Positions 1 to 10,736 of a stretch of DNA of 64,000 nucleotides are shown piece after piece. The notes beneath the pieces are model-generated. The model saw only the letters and a program-made list of their open reading frames with translations, had not been told where the DNA came from and did not search any database. The stretch lies in contig CAWJGT010000011.1 in NCBI GenBank assembly GCA_963842525.1, positions 1 to 64,000 of the forward strand, written 5' to 3'. The position numbers and the translations under genes are program-made. Position 1 is the first letter of the stretch. Each line of letters begins with the position of its first letter. Source of the DNA: an uncultured Holophagales bacterium. GTDB lineage: Bacteria > Acidobacteriota > Thermoanaerobaculia > Multivoradales > UBA5704.

Positions 1-170
1 TCTGCCTGAGAAGCGGCCAGTGCTCGATGAAGGGCGGCGCGGTCCTCGGTGTCGAGCCAGTCGCCCGGATCGAGGGGCAGGAGATCCACCTCAGTTCCTT
101 CAGGAAGCACCGTTGGCTCGTCCAAGACGAACCGGCCGTTGTGAACGCGGGCCTTGAGAGTCATGCCCAT
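1..170 (-). CDS. Small antitoxin-like protein, partial (runs off window start)
   Basis: Manual translation, not in the ORF track: MGMTLKARVHNGRFVLDEPTVLPEGTEVDLLPLDPGDWLDTEDRAALHRALAASQA; beta-hairpin N-terminus resembles DUF104/AbrB-like antitoxins. Confidence 0.55.
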   Translation of the reverse strand, partial: MGMTLKARVHNGRFVLDEPTVLPEGTEVDLLPLDPGDWLDTEDRAALHRALAASQA

Positions 171-176
171 AGGATA

Positions 177-1989
177 CTACGAGCCCGCCGCTACCCCCGC
201 CTTGGCCTTTTCGATATACCGCTCAACCGCCCCTTCCAGCACCGGCAGCGGCACGGAGCCGTTGAGCAGGACGGCGTCGTGGAACTCGCGGAGGTCGAAC
301 TTCTCTCCCAGCTCTTTTTCGGCGCGGGCTCGCAGCTCGCGGATCTTCAGCTCTCCGGTCTTGTAGGCCAGGGCCTGGCCCGGCCAGGAGATGTAGCGGT
401 CGGTCTCGGTCTGCACCTCGTGGAGCGGCAGGGCGGTGCGTGTGGCCAGGTATTCGATCGCCTGGTCCCTCGTCCAGCCCTTCCAGTGGAGGCCGGTGTC
501 CACCACCAGGCGGCAGGCCCGCCACATCTCGTAGGTCAGGCGGCCAAAGTTGCTGTAGGGGTCGGTGTAGAAGCCGGCCTCCAGGCCCAGCCTTTCGGAG
601 TAGAGGCCCCAGCCTTCGCCGAAGGTCGAGATGTAGGTGAAGCGCCGGAAGTCCGGCAGGTCCTCCTGCTCCCGCGACAGCGCGTTCTGCAGGTGGTGGC
701 CCGGCACGGCCTCGTGCAGGGTCAGGGCTTCCAGGTTGTAGAGCGGCCGGCTCTCCAGGGCGTAGGTGTTGACCCAGTACCAGCCGGGCTCGGTGCTGCC
801 ATAGGGGGCTTCCACGTAACGGCCGCTGGTGTATTTCGGCGCGATGTCCGCGGGGACCGGCGCCACGCCGTAGGGCAGGCGCGGCAGGGTCTTGAACAGC
901 GAAGGCAGCTTGGCGTCCATCCGCTTGGCGATCCGGGAGGCCTTCTCCAGCAGCTCTTCGGGGGTCTTGGCATAGAACCGCGGGTCGGTCCGCAGATACT
1001 TAAGGAAGGCTGCGAAGTCGCCCTGGAACCCCGCCTGCCGGATCGCCTCGTCCATCTCCTTGCGGATGCGCTCGACCTCCCGGAGGCCGGTCTCGTGGAC
1101 CTGGTCGGGGGTGAGGTCGAGGGTGGTGTAGCGCCGGACCAGGAAGGTGTAGTAGTCCCGGCCCCGCGGCAGCTCCGAGGCGCCGAGGGTGGTGCGCGCC
1201 TTGGGGATGTACTCGCGGGTCATGAAGTCGAGGAGCTTGGCGTAGGCCGGCACCACGTTGTCGCGGATCGCCTGCCGGCCTGCGGCTCGCAGGCGCTCCC
1301 GCTGCGCCTCCGGCACCGTGGTCGGGAACGATTCGAAGGGGGCCCAGAAGACGCTCTTCGCCGGGTCGTCCACGATGTGGGTCTGCATCGTGACCTCGAT
1401 GCCGGCCAGGGTGACGCGCGGGATGGTCATGCCGCGCGCGATCGCCTCCCGCAGCAGGGCGAGATGGTCGTCGAAGTAGCGGGGTATGGCACGCAGCCGG
1501 GCGAGATAGTTTTCATAGTCCCGTACGGTGGCCAGGGGCACCTGGTCGGACAGGCGGGCGAGGTCGGAATGGAACCCCGAGTCGGCGTTGAAGGGCATCA
1601 GGTACGCGCCGAATTCGAAGGCGCTCGAGCCGGTCGCGGAGCTGGCTCTCGAACATCTGCGCGTTGATCCGGTCCTCCTCGCTCAGGCGGGTGCGGTCGA
1701 TCCCTTCGAGGTCCTTCAGGAAGCCGCGGTTCGCCTCGGCGCGCCGGGCCTGGTCGGCCAGGACCTCGGACGGCAGGCGGTCGTCGTAGCCGTGGACTCC
1801 GACCGAGGTCGCGAAGAGCGGGTCTTCGCGGAGGCGGAACTGCCACTCTCTCCGGAAGAGGCCGTGCAGCGCGGAGCTCGCCTCGGACGGCGCGGCGGGG
1901 TCGGCCTGAGCGGCGGCGGCGGCCAGAGCTCGTGGAATCAGGACAAGGGGAACCAGGATCAGCGGGAACGCGCGCAGCCATCTGTTCAT
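177..1989 (-). CDS. DUF885 family secreted protein (one frameshift near 1600-1630)
   Basis: ORFs 1513..2001 and 177..1598 join; signal peptide MNRWLRAFPLILV; LTLHEAVPGHHLQ, EGWGLYSE and RYISWPGQALAYK motifs typical of DUF885. Confidence 0.9.
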
Positions 1990-2093
1990 TGAAGGCTCCA
2001 AGGTCTTTCATGCATGAGTCTCGATCCTAGCATCCGTCCGTGGTAGACTGAGGCACGTTATCCATGCGGGCTCGAAGCCGCAGGAGGTGTCTG

Positions 2094-2639
2094 ATGCGCA
2101 GGTCCATCGCTCGCGTCTGGCCGTCGTTGCTCGTTCTTGCTCTCCTCGCTCTCCTCGCCGTGCCGGCGGGGGCCGAGGTCCACCATGTCACCCTCACCAA
2201 CGGCACGGTCGTGGACACGGCCTATCAGCCCGAGGAGGCGAGTTGGGACTCCAGCATGGTCCTGCTGCTGACCGAGGTCGGCAACTGGATCGGGATCCCC
2301 AAGGCCGACATTCAGGAAGTGCGCACGGAGAGCCAGGACAAGGGGTTCGGGATCCGGATCGACGACAACACCTACGAGCTGGGCCTGACGGCCGGCGATC
2401 TGAGCCCGGAGGCCCTCCTGGCGGCAGGCCTGATCGACGCCCCCGCGGGGCAGCAGGGCAACGCCACCCAGGACGCGCAGCTCCAGATGCTGCGGAACAT
2501 CCAGCAGCAACAGCAGCAGGAGATCCAGCGGCGGCAGGCTCAGGACAACTACAGCGTCCAGCAGTTCGTCGAGCCGAATCAGACGCAGGGCATCCCCGCG
2601 GGCCTGATCGGCACCACCTACGGCGGCCCGCCGCAGTAG
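2094..2639 (+). CDS. Hypothetical exported protein with Gln-rich C-terminus
   Basis: Signal peptide ending AVPAGA; GC-rich codon usage like neighbouring genes. Confidence 0.7.
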   Translation: MRRSIARVWPSLLVLALLALLAVPAGAEVHHVTLTNGTVVDTAYQPEEASWDSSMVLLLTEVGNWIGIPKADIQEVRTESQDKGFGIRIDDNTYELGLTAGDLSPEALLAAGLIDAPAGQQGNATQDAQLQMLRNIQQQQQQEIQRRQAQDNYSVQQFVEPNQTQGIPAGLIGTTYGGPPQ

Positions 2640-2694
2640 GATCGGAATCGCGGATTTCGCGTCTCCCGCCGTGGGAGACTTTTTGACAGACCCG

Positions 2695-2885
2695 ACGGTG
2701 CGGTGACCTGAGCCGGCAAGGCTCGGGTCCGCGAAAGGGAAGCCGGTGAGAATCCGGCGCGGCCCCCGCCACTGTAACCGGGAACGAAACCGGAAAACGC
2801 CACTGCGCGGCTGGATCACTTCTTGTGGTTGTCCGCGTGGGAAGGCCCGGGAGTAGGGAGATCCGGAAGCCAGGAGACCTGCCGT
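2695..2885 (+). ncRNA. Cobalamin (B12) riboswitch
   Basis: Conserved blocks AAAGGGAAgccGGTGAGAATCCGGCGCGGCCCCCGCCACTGTA, GCCACTG, GGGAAGGC and B12 box AGCCAGGAGACCTGCC directly upstream of a TonB-dependent receptor. Confidence 0.95.
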
Positions 2886-2991
2886 ACCGTCCGACGCCGC
2901 TCGCGGGGTGCGAGTGAGGGCTTCGGACGCCGCTGAGCTTCCCACGCCCCACCTTCCCCGGTGGGGCGTCGCTTTTCCAGGGAGCTCGAAC

Positions 2992-4825
2992 ATGCGTCTC
3001 GCCATCCTCTTCCTGGCCGGCCTCCTCGGGGGCGGACTGCCGGCCTTCTCGCAAACCGACCCGGCCACCCCGACAGATCCGGCCGCCCTGCCCACTTTCG
3101 AGGAGTCGCTCGTGGTCAGCGCCTCACTCGAGCCCGCCGAGCGAGAGGAGGTCCCCGCCTCCGTCACCGTCATCGACGCCGAGGAGATCGAGGCCCGCCA
3201 GGCCGAGACTCTCTCCGAAGTTGATCTCGACCGTCCCTGGCGTGGCCGTCGCCCAGGCCGGCGGTCCCGGCCAGCAGACCTCGGTGTTCGTGCGCGGCGG
3301 CGAGTCCGAGCACGTCCTCCTGCTGTGGAACGGCATCCCGCTCAACGACCCCTACTTCGGCAGCGTCAACTGGCAGCTCGTGCCCACCGACGGCGTCGAG
3401 CGGGTCGAGGTGGTCCGCGGGCCGTTCAGCGCCCTGTACGGCAGCAACGCAGTGGGCGGCGTGGTGCAGGTCATCTCGGCGCCGCAGCCAGGCGTGCGGC
3501 TGCACCTCGAAGGAGGCGAGCACGGGTACGCGCGGGCCGGCCTGGCCGCCGCCGCCGACCTGGGACGCGCGCATCTCGACGTGACCGGCCATCTACGCCG
3601 CGGTGGCGCCGAGCTGCCAAACGACGCCTTCGACAGCGAGGAGATGATGGCGCGCACCCTGTGGACGCTCCGCCCGGGGACGACTCTGGGGCTGCTGGTG
3701 CGGGCGAACGACTCCGAGACCGGGGTCCCGCTCGACGGGGTCGCGCCGACGCTGCGCCGCCGCATCGACTGGAAGGAGCGCGAGGTCGCCGTCCCCTTCC
3801 GCGCCGAGCTGGGGCATTGGGAGGTCGACGCACAGCTCTCGCGGACCGACTTCGACGCGGCCTACCGCGACCCCGACGACCCTTCCGGCTTCAATCTCTC
3901 TGACACCGACTCGGAGGGCCTGCGGGGCCGCGCCGTCGTGACCTGGCGCCGGGACGACGACTTCTGGGTGGCCTTCGGCAGCGAGGCCGAGCGGCTGGAG
4001 GTCTCGAACGTGACGAGCTTCGGGCCGAACCTGGACGGCTCCCGCCAGCGCACCTGGGCGGTCTTCGGCCAGGCCGGCTGGACGCGCGGGCCGTTCCATC
4101 TCGACCTCGGCCTGCGGCGGGACGACAACGACGCCTATGGCGAGAAGACCAGCCTGCGGACCGGCGCGGTGGTGGACATGGGCGCGGGCGTCCGTCTGCG
4201 GGCGAGCTACGGCGAGGCCTTCCGGGCGCCTTCCCTCGGCGAGCTGTTCTTCCCGTTCAGCGGCAACCCCGGCCTGCAGCCGGAGACCGGCGAGAGCTGG
4301 GAGGTCGGGGTCGAGCGCGAGGCCGGCGGCTTGCGGCTGGCCCTGACCGGGTTCGACAACCGGCGGCAGAATCTGATCGACTTTGACTTCGTGAACTTCC
4401 GCAACATCAACGTGGGCCGGGGTCGGAGCCGCGGCCTCGAAGCCGAGCTGGGTTTCGACCGCGGCATCGTCGCGCTGCGCTGGAACGGCACGTGGATGGA
4501 CACCGAGGACGAGGACACCGGCCTCGAGCTGCTCCGGCGGCCGAAGAAGAGCTCGAACGTCATCGTGACCGCCCGGCCCGCGGACTGGACCTTCAACCTG
4601 GAGGGGCGCTGGGTCGGCGATCGGCCTGACGTGGACCCCTTGACCTTCGGACGGGCCGAGAACCCGAGCTTTCTGCGGGTCGACCTGGCGGCGCGCTGGC
4701 GGGTGCTGCCCTGGCTCGCCCCCTCCGTGCGGGTCGAGAACGCCGCCGACGAGGAGTACCAGGAGGTGCTCGGGTATCCCAGCCCGGGCCGGACCTGGAT
4801 CGGCGGCGTGGCGGTCGAGTTTTGA
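2992..4825 (+). CDS. btuB: TonB-dependent cobalamin receptor (frameshift near 3220)
   Basis: Signal peptide, TonB-box-like EESLVVSAS, plug motif ERVEVVRGPFSALYGSNAVGGVV, C-terminal Phe; downstream of B12 riboswitch. Confidence 0.88.
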
Positions 4826-5697
4826 AGCCCCGCGTCGCGGCCCTCGTCCTCCTTCTCCTCCTCGTGGGATGCCGGGAGGAGAAGGAGGCCCCGCGGGCTG
4901 CGGCGGCGGGGTCGTGCCGGCGGGTGGTGGCCCTGGCTCCAAACCTATCGGAGACGCTGTTCGCGCTCGGGCTGGGAGATCGGCTCGTCGGCGTCGGCGA
5001 CTACAGCACCTGGCCTCCCGAGGCCGCCAAGCTGCCGAAGCTGGGCGGCCTTTTCAATCCCAATCTGGAGCAGATCGTCTCCCTGAAGCCGGACCTTGCG
5101 GTGCTCCTCCCCAGCCAGCGCGACCTGGCGGAAAAGCTCCGGCGGTTCGACGTGGAGTCGGTCCTCCTCGGCATCGAGAGCCTCGCCGACGTGGAGCGCT
5201 CGTTCCACACCCTCGCCCGCCGCTGCGGCGTGCCGGAAGCGGGGGACCGGCTGGCGGTCGAGTGGAAGGCCGCGCTCGCGCCACAGCCGCTGCCGGGCCG
5301 TCCGCGCGTCCTGCTCTCGGTAGGACGGCAGGCGGAGCGGCTCGCCGATATCCTGGTGGCCGGCCCGGGGACGTTCCTCGACGAGCTGCTCGCCCGCCTG
5401 GGAGCGGTGAACGTTTTCGCGGACGCGCCGCTCCTCTATCCCCAGGTGAGCCTGGAGGAGGTCGTGACGCGGGCGCCGGACGTCATCCTGGAGCTCCGGG
5501 CCGAGGCTGTGTCGCCCGAGGTGGCGCGGGCCCTCGTCCAGGACTGGCAGGCGCTGCCGCGGATCCCGGCGGTGCAACGGCAGCGGATCGCGGTGATCGG
5601 AGGGGACCACGTCCTGACGCCAGGCCCGCGGGTCCCGCGGCTCTATATCGAGATGCGGACGGCAATCGCGCGGACAGGGGTGGGACCGGGACGATGA
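4822..5697 (+). CDS. btuF: Cobalamin ABC transporter substrate-binding lipoprotein
   Basis: Lipobox LLVGC; RVVALAPNLSETLFALG and PNLEQIVSLKPDL helical-backbone motifs. Confidence 0.85.
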   Translation: MKPRVAALVLLLLLVGCREEKEAPRAAAAGSCRRVVALAPNLSETLFALGLGDRLVGVGDYSTWPPEAAKLPKLGGLFNPNLEQIVSLKPDLAVLLPSQRDLAEKLRRFDVESVLLGIESLADVERSFHTLARRCGVPEAGDRLAVEWKAALAPQPLPGRPRVLLSVGRQAERLADILVAGPGTFLDELLARLGAVNVFADAPLLYPQVSLEEVVTRAPDVILELRAEAVSPEVARALVQDWQALPRIPAVQRQRIAVIGGDHVLTPGPRVPRLYIEMRTAIARTGVGPGR

Positions 5698-6547
5698 GCC
5701 CTCTGGTCGCCGCCCGCGGACTGGCCTGGAGCGCTGACGGCCGTCCGGTCCTCGGGCCGGTCGACCTGGAGGTCCGGCATGGCGAGTGCCTCGCCGTGGT
5801 CGGCCCCAACGGCGCGGGCAAGACCACGCTTCTGCGCCTGCCTGACCGGGCTGCTCCGGCCGGTCGCCGGGGAGGTCCGCTGGCGGGACCGGCCCTACGC
5901 CAGCCACTCCCGCCGCGAGCTGGCGCGGCGCATCGCCTACGTGCCGCAGATCCGGCCGGAGCGCGTCCCGCTCACGGTCGAGGAGGTCGTGCTCCTCGGC
6001 CGCTACCCGCACCTCTCGGCCTGGCAGCTCGCGCCGCGCGAGCAGGACTTCGCCGCGGTCAAGGAGGCCCTTCGAACGCGTCGGCATCCAGGAGCTGCGC
6101 GGCCGGCCGGTGGACCGCCTCTCCGGCGGCGAGCGGCAGGCGGTCTACATCGCCGCGGCGCTGGCGCAGGAGGCCGAGCTGCTGGTGCTCGACGAGCCGA
6201 CCATCCATCTGGACGCGCGGCACCAGAGCGACCTCGCGGCGCTCCTCGTGCGCCTGCGGGCCGAAGCGGGCCGCACGGTCCTGCTCGCCACCCATGACCT
6301 CAACCTGGCCTCGCTCCTCGGCGACCGGCTTGTCGGCCTGTCCAGGGGCAAGATCCTGGCCAGCGGCCCGCCCGCCGAGATCCTCCGGCCGGACCTCCTG
6401 GAGCGCCTCTTCCAGGCGCGCTTCGAGATCGTCCGCGGCGGCGAGCGGCCGGTGACGATGCTGGAGCTGGGACCCCTCACCCCCCTGGCCCCCCTCTCCC
6501 ATCCTCACTCCCTTCCCCCGGGAGAGGGGGGGAAAGACCGCCAATGA
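5694..6547 (+). CDS. btuD: Cobalamin/iron ABC transporter ATPase (frameshifts near 5840 and 6070)
   Basis: Walker A GPNGAGKTT, signature LSGGERQ, Walker B LVLDEPT, H-loop THDLN spread over three frames. Confidence 0.85.
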
Positions 6548-7527
6548 GACCTCGGCCGCGGCTTGCGCTGGGCGTCCTGGTCCTTCTTTGGCTGGCCGTT
6601 CTGGTCGGCGCGCCTCTCGTAGGAAGCCTGGGAGTGTCGCCGGCGGAGGTGCTGCGGGGGGAGCCGACGGCGGTGGCGATCTTCTGGCAGCTCCGGCTGC
6701 CTCGGGTGCTCCTGGGCCTCCTCGCCGGAGCAGGCCTGGCGGTCTCCGGGCTGGGCTTTCAGACGCTCTTCCGCAACGCGCTCGCCGAGCCCTACACCCT
6801 GGGCATCGCGAGCGGCGCGGCCCTCGGCGCCGTGCTTGCCCTGCGCCTGGAGGAGACCGAGGCGCTCTTGGGGCTGCCCGTCGTGGCCCTGGCCAGCTTC
6901 GCGGGCGCCATCGGAGCCACCCTGCTGGTGGTGGGCCTGGCGCTGCGGCGGCACGAGGGCACCCGCTCGACCCTGCTTCTTGCCGGAATCGCGGTCTCCC
7001 TCTCCTGCTCGGCCCTCATCCTCTTCCTCCAGTACCTGTCCGATTCGACCCAGACCTTCCGCATGGTGCGCTGGATGATGGGCGGGCTGGCCGTGGTGGG
7101 GTATGGCGAGGTGCTCTGGGTCCTGCCGTGGGTCCTGGGCGGCACGGCGGTGCTGCTCCTCCTGCGCTGGGACCTGAACCTCCTGCTCACCGGCGAAGAG
7201 CTTGCAGCCAGCCGGGGTGTCGACCTCGTGCGGCTCCGCCTGAAAGTCCTTCTCATGGCCGCCCTGATGATCGGCGCGCTCGTCTCGGTGGCGGGTCCGA
7301 TCGGCTTCGTCGGCCTGATGGTCCCGCACATTCTCCGCCGCTGGGTCGGCCACGACCACCTGTGGCTCGCCCCCGCCTGTCTCTTCGGAGGCGGCGCCTT
7401 CCTGGCCCTCTGCGACTTGGTAGCGCGCACGGTGATGGCCCCGGCCGAGCTGCCGGTCGGCGTGCTCACGGCACTGCTGGGCGGGCCGTTCTTCCTTGGG
7501 CTGCTGGTCTGGAGGAGGCGGGATTGA
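6544..7527 (+). CDS. btuC: Cobalamin/iron ABC transporter permease (FecCD family)
   Basis: LRLPRVLLG, FRNALAEPYTLGIASGA, GPIGFVGLMVPH, ELPVGVLTALLGGPFF. Confidence 0.9.
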   Translation: MRPRPRLALGVLVLLWLAVLVGAPLVGSLGVSPAEVLRGEPTAVAIFWQLRLPRVLLGLLAGAGLAVSGLGFQTLFRNALAEPYTLGIASGAALGAVLALRLEETEALLGLPVVALASFAGAIGATLLVVGLALRRHEGTRSTLLLAGIAVSLSCSALILFLQYLSDSTQTFRMVRWMMGGLAVVGYGEVLWVLPWVLGGTAVLLLLRWDLNLLLTGEELAASRGVDLVRLRLKVLLMAALMIGALVSVAGPIGFVGLMVPHILRRWVGHDHLWLAPACLFGGGAFLALCDLVARTVMAPAELPVGVLTALLGGPFFLGLLVWRRRD

Positions 7528-7549
7528 TCGGGCTGAGCTGGCCCGGTTA

Positions 7550-7582
7550 GCCAACAGATCTGTTGACAACAGATCTGTTGGC
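7550..7582. repeat. Perfect 33-bp palindrome built from two tandem 14-bp palindromes (CAACAGATCTGTTG)
   Basis: gccaacagatctgttg-a-caacagatctgttggc between convergent btuC and hicA. Confidence 0.85.
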
Positions 7583-7606
7583 GACGACGTGACGAGCCCT
7601 AAAACG

Positions 7607-7804
7607 TCAAAGCCGCTGGCTGATCCCAGCTTGTTTCAGAACGGCATTCGCAGTGTGCCGGGATTTGATCGTCCCATCAACGACAAAACGGCACTTGGTG
7701 ATCGGGCTATACCAGATCTCGTGATCGCCCTTCCCGGCCCGCTCGAAGCGGCAGCCGTTGGCGGACAGGAGCCTCTTGAGTTCCGGAGTGAACGACGAGC
7801 CCAT
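7607..7804 (-). CDS. hicA: HicA family toxin
   Basis: 65 aa; GKGDHEIW motif; HTANAVLKQAGI C-terminus. Confidence 0.85.
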   Translation of the reverse strand: MGSSFTPELKRLLSANGCRFERAGKGDHEIWYSPITKCRFVVDGTIKSRHTANAVLKQAGISQRL

Positions 7805-8047
7805 TCAGGAAGCCAGCCGGACCAGCTCCTGGCGATGACTCGTCAGCTCGAAGGAAATCGCGTCAGAGGGGGAGGGGAGGAGCTCATTGGCCTCGAGCAA
7901 CTCCGGGATCATGATCCGGAGCTTCTCGGCGAGTACTTCGACGGTAGGAGCTTCCGTTGCCAATCCAGGTACATCCTCACTGGTAGCGACCCAGACCTCG
8001 CCCTCAGGATCCCAGTCAGCGTGGATACGATAGATCCGCCTGTTCAT
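7805..8047 (-). CDS. DUF1902/HicB-like antitoxin
   Basis: WDPEGEVWVATSEDVPGLATEAPTVEVL partial RNase H-like HicB motif; abuts hicA. Confidence 0.8.
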   Translation of the reverse strand: MNRRIYRIHADWDPEGEVWVATSEDVPGLATEAPTVEVLAEKLRIMIPELLEANELLPSPSDAISFELTSHRQELVRLAS

Positions 8048-8111
8048 CTCTTGCAGGATAGCACGGCCTGCCGCGGCACACGATCCCTTCCCAGAGCATA
8101 ATAAGTGGGCC

Positions 8112-8876
8112 ATGTTCCTCTACCGCCTCGCCTCCGGCGCCTTCGCAGTCTCAGACGCGTCCGGCGAACCCCTCCGCCTGCTCCGTTTCGATCCGTTCCG
8201 CACCCCTCCGGACGCCTGGGACCTCGGCGCAGCGGCCGATCCGAGCCCTCTCCTCGCTCCGGTCGTGCCGGGCAAGATCGTCGGCATCGGCCGCAACTAC
8301 AAGGATCACGTCAAGGAACTGGCCAACCCGATGCCGGCGGAGCCCGTGATCTTCCTCAAGGCGCCGTCCTCCCTGATCGGACCCGGGGACGCGATCGTGC
8401 TGCCGCCCGAGAGCGAGCGGGTGGAGCATGAGGGAGAGATCGCCGTGGTGGTCGGACAGCGCCTGCGCCGTGCGACGCCGGAGGAGGCGCGGCTGGGCGT
8501 GCTCGGCATCACCTGCGCCTGCGACGTGACTGCTCGCGACCTGCAGCGCAAGGATGCGACCTTCGCCCGCGCCAAGTCGTTCGACACCTTCTGCCCGCTC
8601 GGACCCGCGGTCTGGGTCGGCGCGCCGCTGGAGGACCTGGAGGTGATCACCCGGATCAACGGCACCGAGCGCCAGCGCGGCCATGCCCGCGACATGACCT
8701 GGGGGATCGTCGACCTGCTGGTCTACACGTCACGGATGATGACCCTGGAGCCGGGGGACGTGATCCTGACCGGCTCGCCCGCCGGCGTCGGTCCCCTCGC
8801 GCCGGGCGACCGGGTGGAGGTGGAGATCCCCGGCCTGGGCATCCTGGAGAACCCGGTCGAGGCCGCCCGGCCATGA
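8112..8876 (+). CDS. Fumarylacetoacetate hydrolase family protein
   Basis: KIVGIGRNY, HEGEIAVVVG, DVTARDLQ, AKSFDTFCPLGP, GDVILTGSPAGVG. Confidence 0.92.
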   Translation: MFLYRLASGAFAVSDASGEPLRLLRFDPFRTPPDAWDLGAAADPSPLLAPVVPGKIVGIGRNYKDHVKELANPMPAEPVIFLKAPSSLIGPGDAIVLPPESERVEHEGEIAVVVGQRLRRATPEEARLGVLGITCACDVTARDLQRKDATFARAKSFDTFCPLGPAVWVGAPLEDLEVITRINGTERQRGHARDMTWGIVDLLVYTSRMMTLEPGDVILTGSPAGVGPLAPGDRVEVEIPGLGILENPVEAARP

Positions 8877-8938
8877 ATGACCGGGCTATGAACAGCGCCG
8901 GGTGAACCCGGCTTCAAGCCCCATTCATGGGGCGCCGT
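8870..8938. repeat. REP-like palindromic element between convergent genes
   Basis: ccatgaatg...cattcatgg outer inverted repeat, gccgggtgaacccggc hairpin, gccccattcatggggc palindrome. Confidence 0.5.
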
Positions 8939-8940
8939 TG

Positions 8941-9138
8941 CTAGCCCGGCGATTCATCGCCGGGCGGGTCCTGGGGCCGCCCATGGATCACGCGCCAGGG
9001 AAACGCCACAGCCGCTCCCACCAGCAGCAGGTGGATCGCCCTGCCCGCGGCATAGCCGGCGAAGAGCAGGCCCATCCAGGCGGAGACCAGGAGCATGGCC
9101 AGAACGCCTCGCGCGAGGGGGGAGCGCATCGTCGCCAA
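8941..9138 (-). CDS. Small membrane protein (2 TM)
   Basis: Two hydrophobic stretches in 65 aa. Confidence 0.5.
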   Translation of the reverse strand: MATMRSPLARGVLAMLLVSAWMGLLFAGYAAGRAIHLLLVGAAVAFPWRVIHGRPQDPPGDESPG

Positions 9139-9194
9139 GCTATCACAGCAGGATGGGATTGGCCGACGCTCCCCTACGTTATCCTTTTCGCGCC

Positions 9195-9906
9195 ATGATC
9201 GAAGCCGTCACCTTCGACGTCACGGGAACCCTGATCCACTCGCCGCACCTGGGCGCTCTCTATGCCGAGGTGTTGGGCCGCCACGGCATCGTGGTGGACC
9301 CGCGCGAAGCCGGCCGACTGGTGCGGGAGGTCTGGCAGGAGCTGGCCTGCCGCGCCGAGCCCGGGCACGACCGCTTCTCCTCGCATCCGGAGGGGCCGCG
9401 CGGGTGGTGGAAGCGGTTCCTCGAGCGCTTCTGCGAGCACCTGGAGGCGCCGCCGCCCTCGCCTTTCGCCGCTGCGGGAGCTCTTCCACCGCTTCGGCTC
9501 GGCCGAGGCCTGGGAGGTCTACCCCGAGGTGCCCGGGGCCCTCGCGGCGCTGCGGCGCGCCGGGCTCCAACTCGGCGTGATCAGCAATTGGGACCCGCGC
9601 CTCCCCGACCTGCTGGAGGACCTCGGGCTCGCCGGCTACTTCGACGTCGTCGTCTACTCCTCGGCGGCGGGCGTCGAGAAGCCCGACCGGCGGATCTTCC
9701 TCCAGGCCCTGACCCGGCTGCGTGTATCCCCCGGAGCGGCCCTCCACGTAGGGGACAGCCGGCTGGAGGACGCCGAGGGCGCCATGGCGGCGGGGTTGGG
9801 GGCGCTGTGGCTCGACCGCCGCAAGGGCACCGGCGACCTGCGCGACCTGTCGCCCCTGCCGGCAATGGTGGCGGCCGGCGCGGTCGCGAGCCGTCCGCGT
9901 TTGTGA
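9195..9906 (+). CDS. HAD-superfamily hydrolase (frameshift near 9470)
   Basis: Motif I FDVTGTL, motif II VISNWD, EKPD, motif IV HVGDSRLED. Confidence 0.88.
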
Positions 9907-9924
9907 TAAGATTTTCTCAGGTTC

Positions 9925-10416
9925 ATGAAGATCTCTACCAAAGGCGAGTACGGCATCCGTGCGATGCTCTGCATCGCGATGCACGGCGACCAGGGTCCGG
10001 TCACCAGCCACCAGATCGCGACGCGCCAAGGCATCCCGGAGCCCTATCTGCGGCAGATCCTGGCCGTGCTGTCGAAAGAAGGGCTGGTCCGCGCCAATCG
10101 CGGCCCGCAGGGAGGCCACATCCTCGGCCGTCCGGCCTCCGCGATCAGCCTGCGCCAGATCCTGGTGCCCCTGGAGGGCCGGACCACGGCGATCGACGAC
10201 ATCCTCGCCCTGCCGTGTACCATCGAGGTCGGCACCGAGCACTGCGTCATCCGCGAGGTCTTCCTGGAGATCAAGGAAGCCGTGGAGCGCATCCTCTCCA
10301 GGACCACCCTGGCCGACGTCGTCGACCGCCAGCGCGAGATCCTGGACCACCACATCTCCGTGCCGCTCGACCTCCCCACCGGCCCGCCCTCACGGCTGCC
10401 GATCCTGCGGGATTGA
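9925..10416 (+). CDS. Rrf2 family transcriptional regulator
   Basis: MKISTKGEYGIRAM, IPEPYLRQIL, RGPQGG. Confidence 0.92.
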   Translation: MKISTKGEYGIRAMLCIAMHGDQGPVTSHQIATRQGIPEPYLRQILAVLSKEGLVRANRGPQGGHILGRPASAISLRQILVPLEGRTTAIDDILALPCTIEVGTEHCVIREVFLEIKEAVERILSRTTLADVVDRQREILDHHISVPLDLPTGPPSRLPILRD

Positions 10417-10443
10417 CCGGATCTGTTGCCCTGGACGGGCACT

Positions 10444-10466
10444 CTGTCATACACTCTGTATGACAG
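10444..10466. promoter_or_regulatory. Putative TA operator (10-bp perfect inverted repeat)
   Basis: CTGTCATACA-ctc-TGTATGACAG immediately upstream of the antitoxin RBS. Confidence 0.65.
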
Positions 10467-10475
10467 GAGACCGAG

Positions 10476-10736
10476 ATGGCCGTTCGGACCGTGCGCCTGG
10501 ATGAGGACAGCGAGAAAATCCTGCGACAGCTCGTGGAAGAGTCGGGCGAATCGATCTCTACCGTGCTGAAGCAGGGCTTGTTGGCCCTGCAGGATCGCTC
10601 CTCAGGGGCTTCCCGGAGCACGGCGTACGAAATCTATGAAGAGCTCGACCTCGGGCCTGGCGAGTATGCGGTCGCCCCCTCGACGGAAAGCCGGCGCGGC
10701 GTCCAGGAGGCGATCCGCAGGAAGCTCGCCCGGTGA
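10476..10736 (+). CDS. RHH-type antitoxin (VapB-like)
   Basis: RTVRLDEDSEKILRQL RHH-like N-terminus; overlaps PIN gene by 4 nt. Confidence 0.75.
   Translation: MAVRTVRLDEDSEKILRQLVEESGESISTVLKQGLLALQDRSSGASRSTAYEIYEELDLGPGEYAVAPSTESRRGVQEAIRRKLAR

Noticed and set aside
27-1667. Long plus-strand ORF and similar GC-rich shadow ORFs throughout
   Set aside because: Antisense or alternate-frame artefacts of high GC content overlapping well-supported genes
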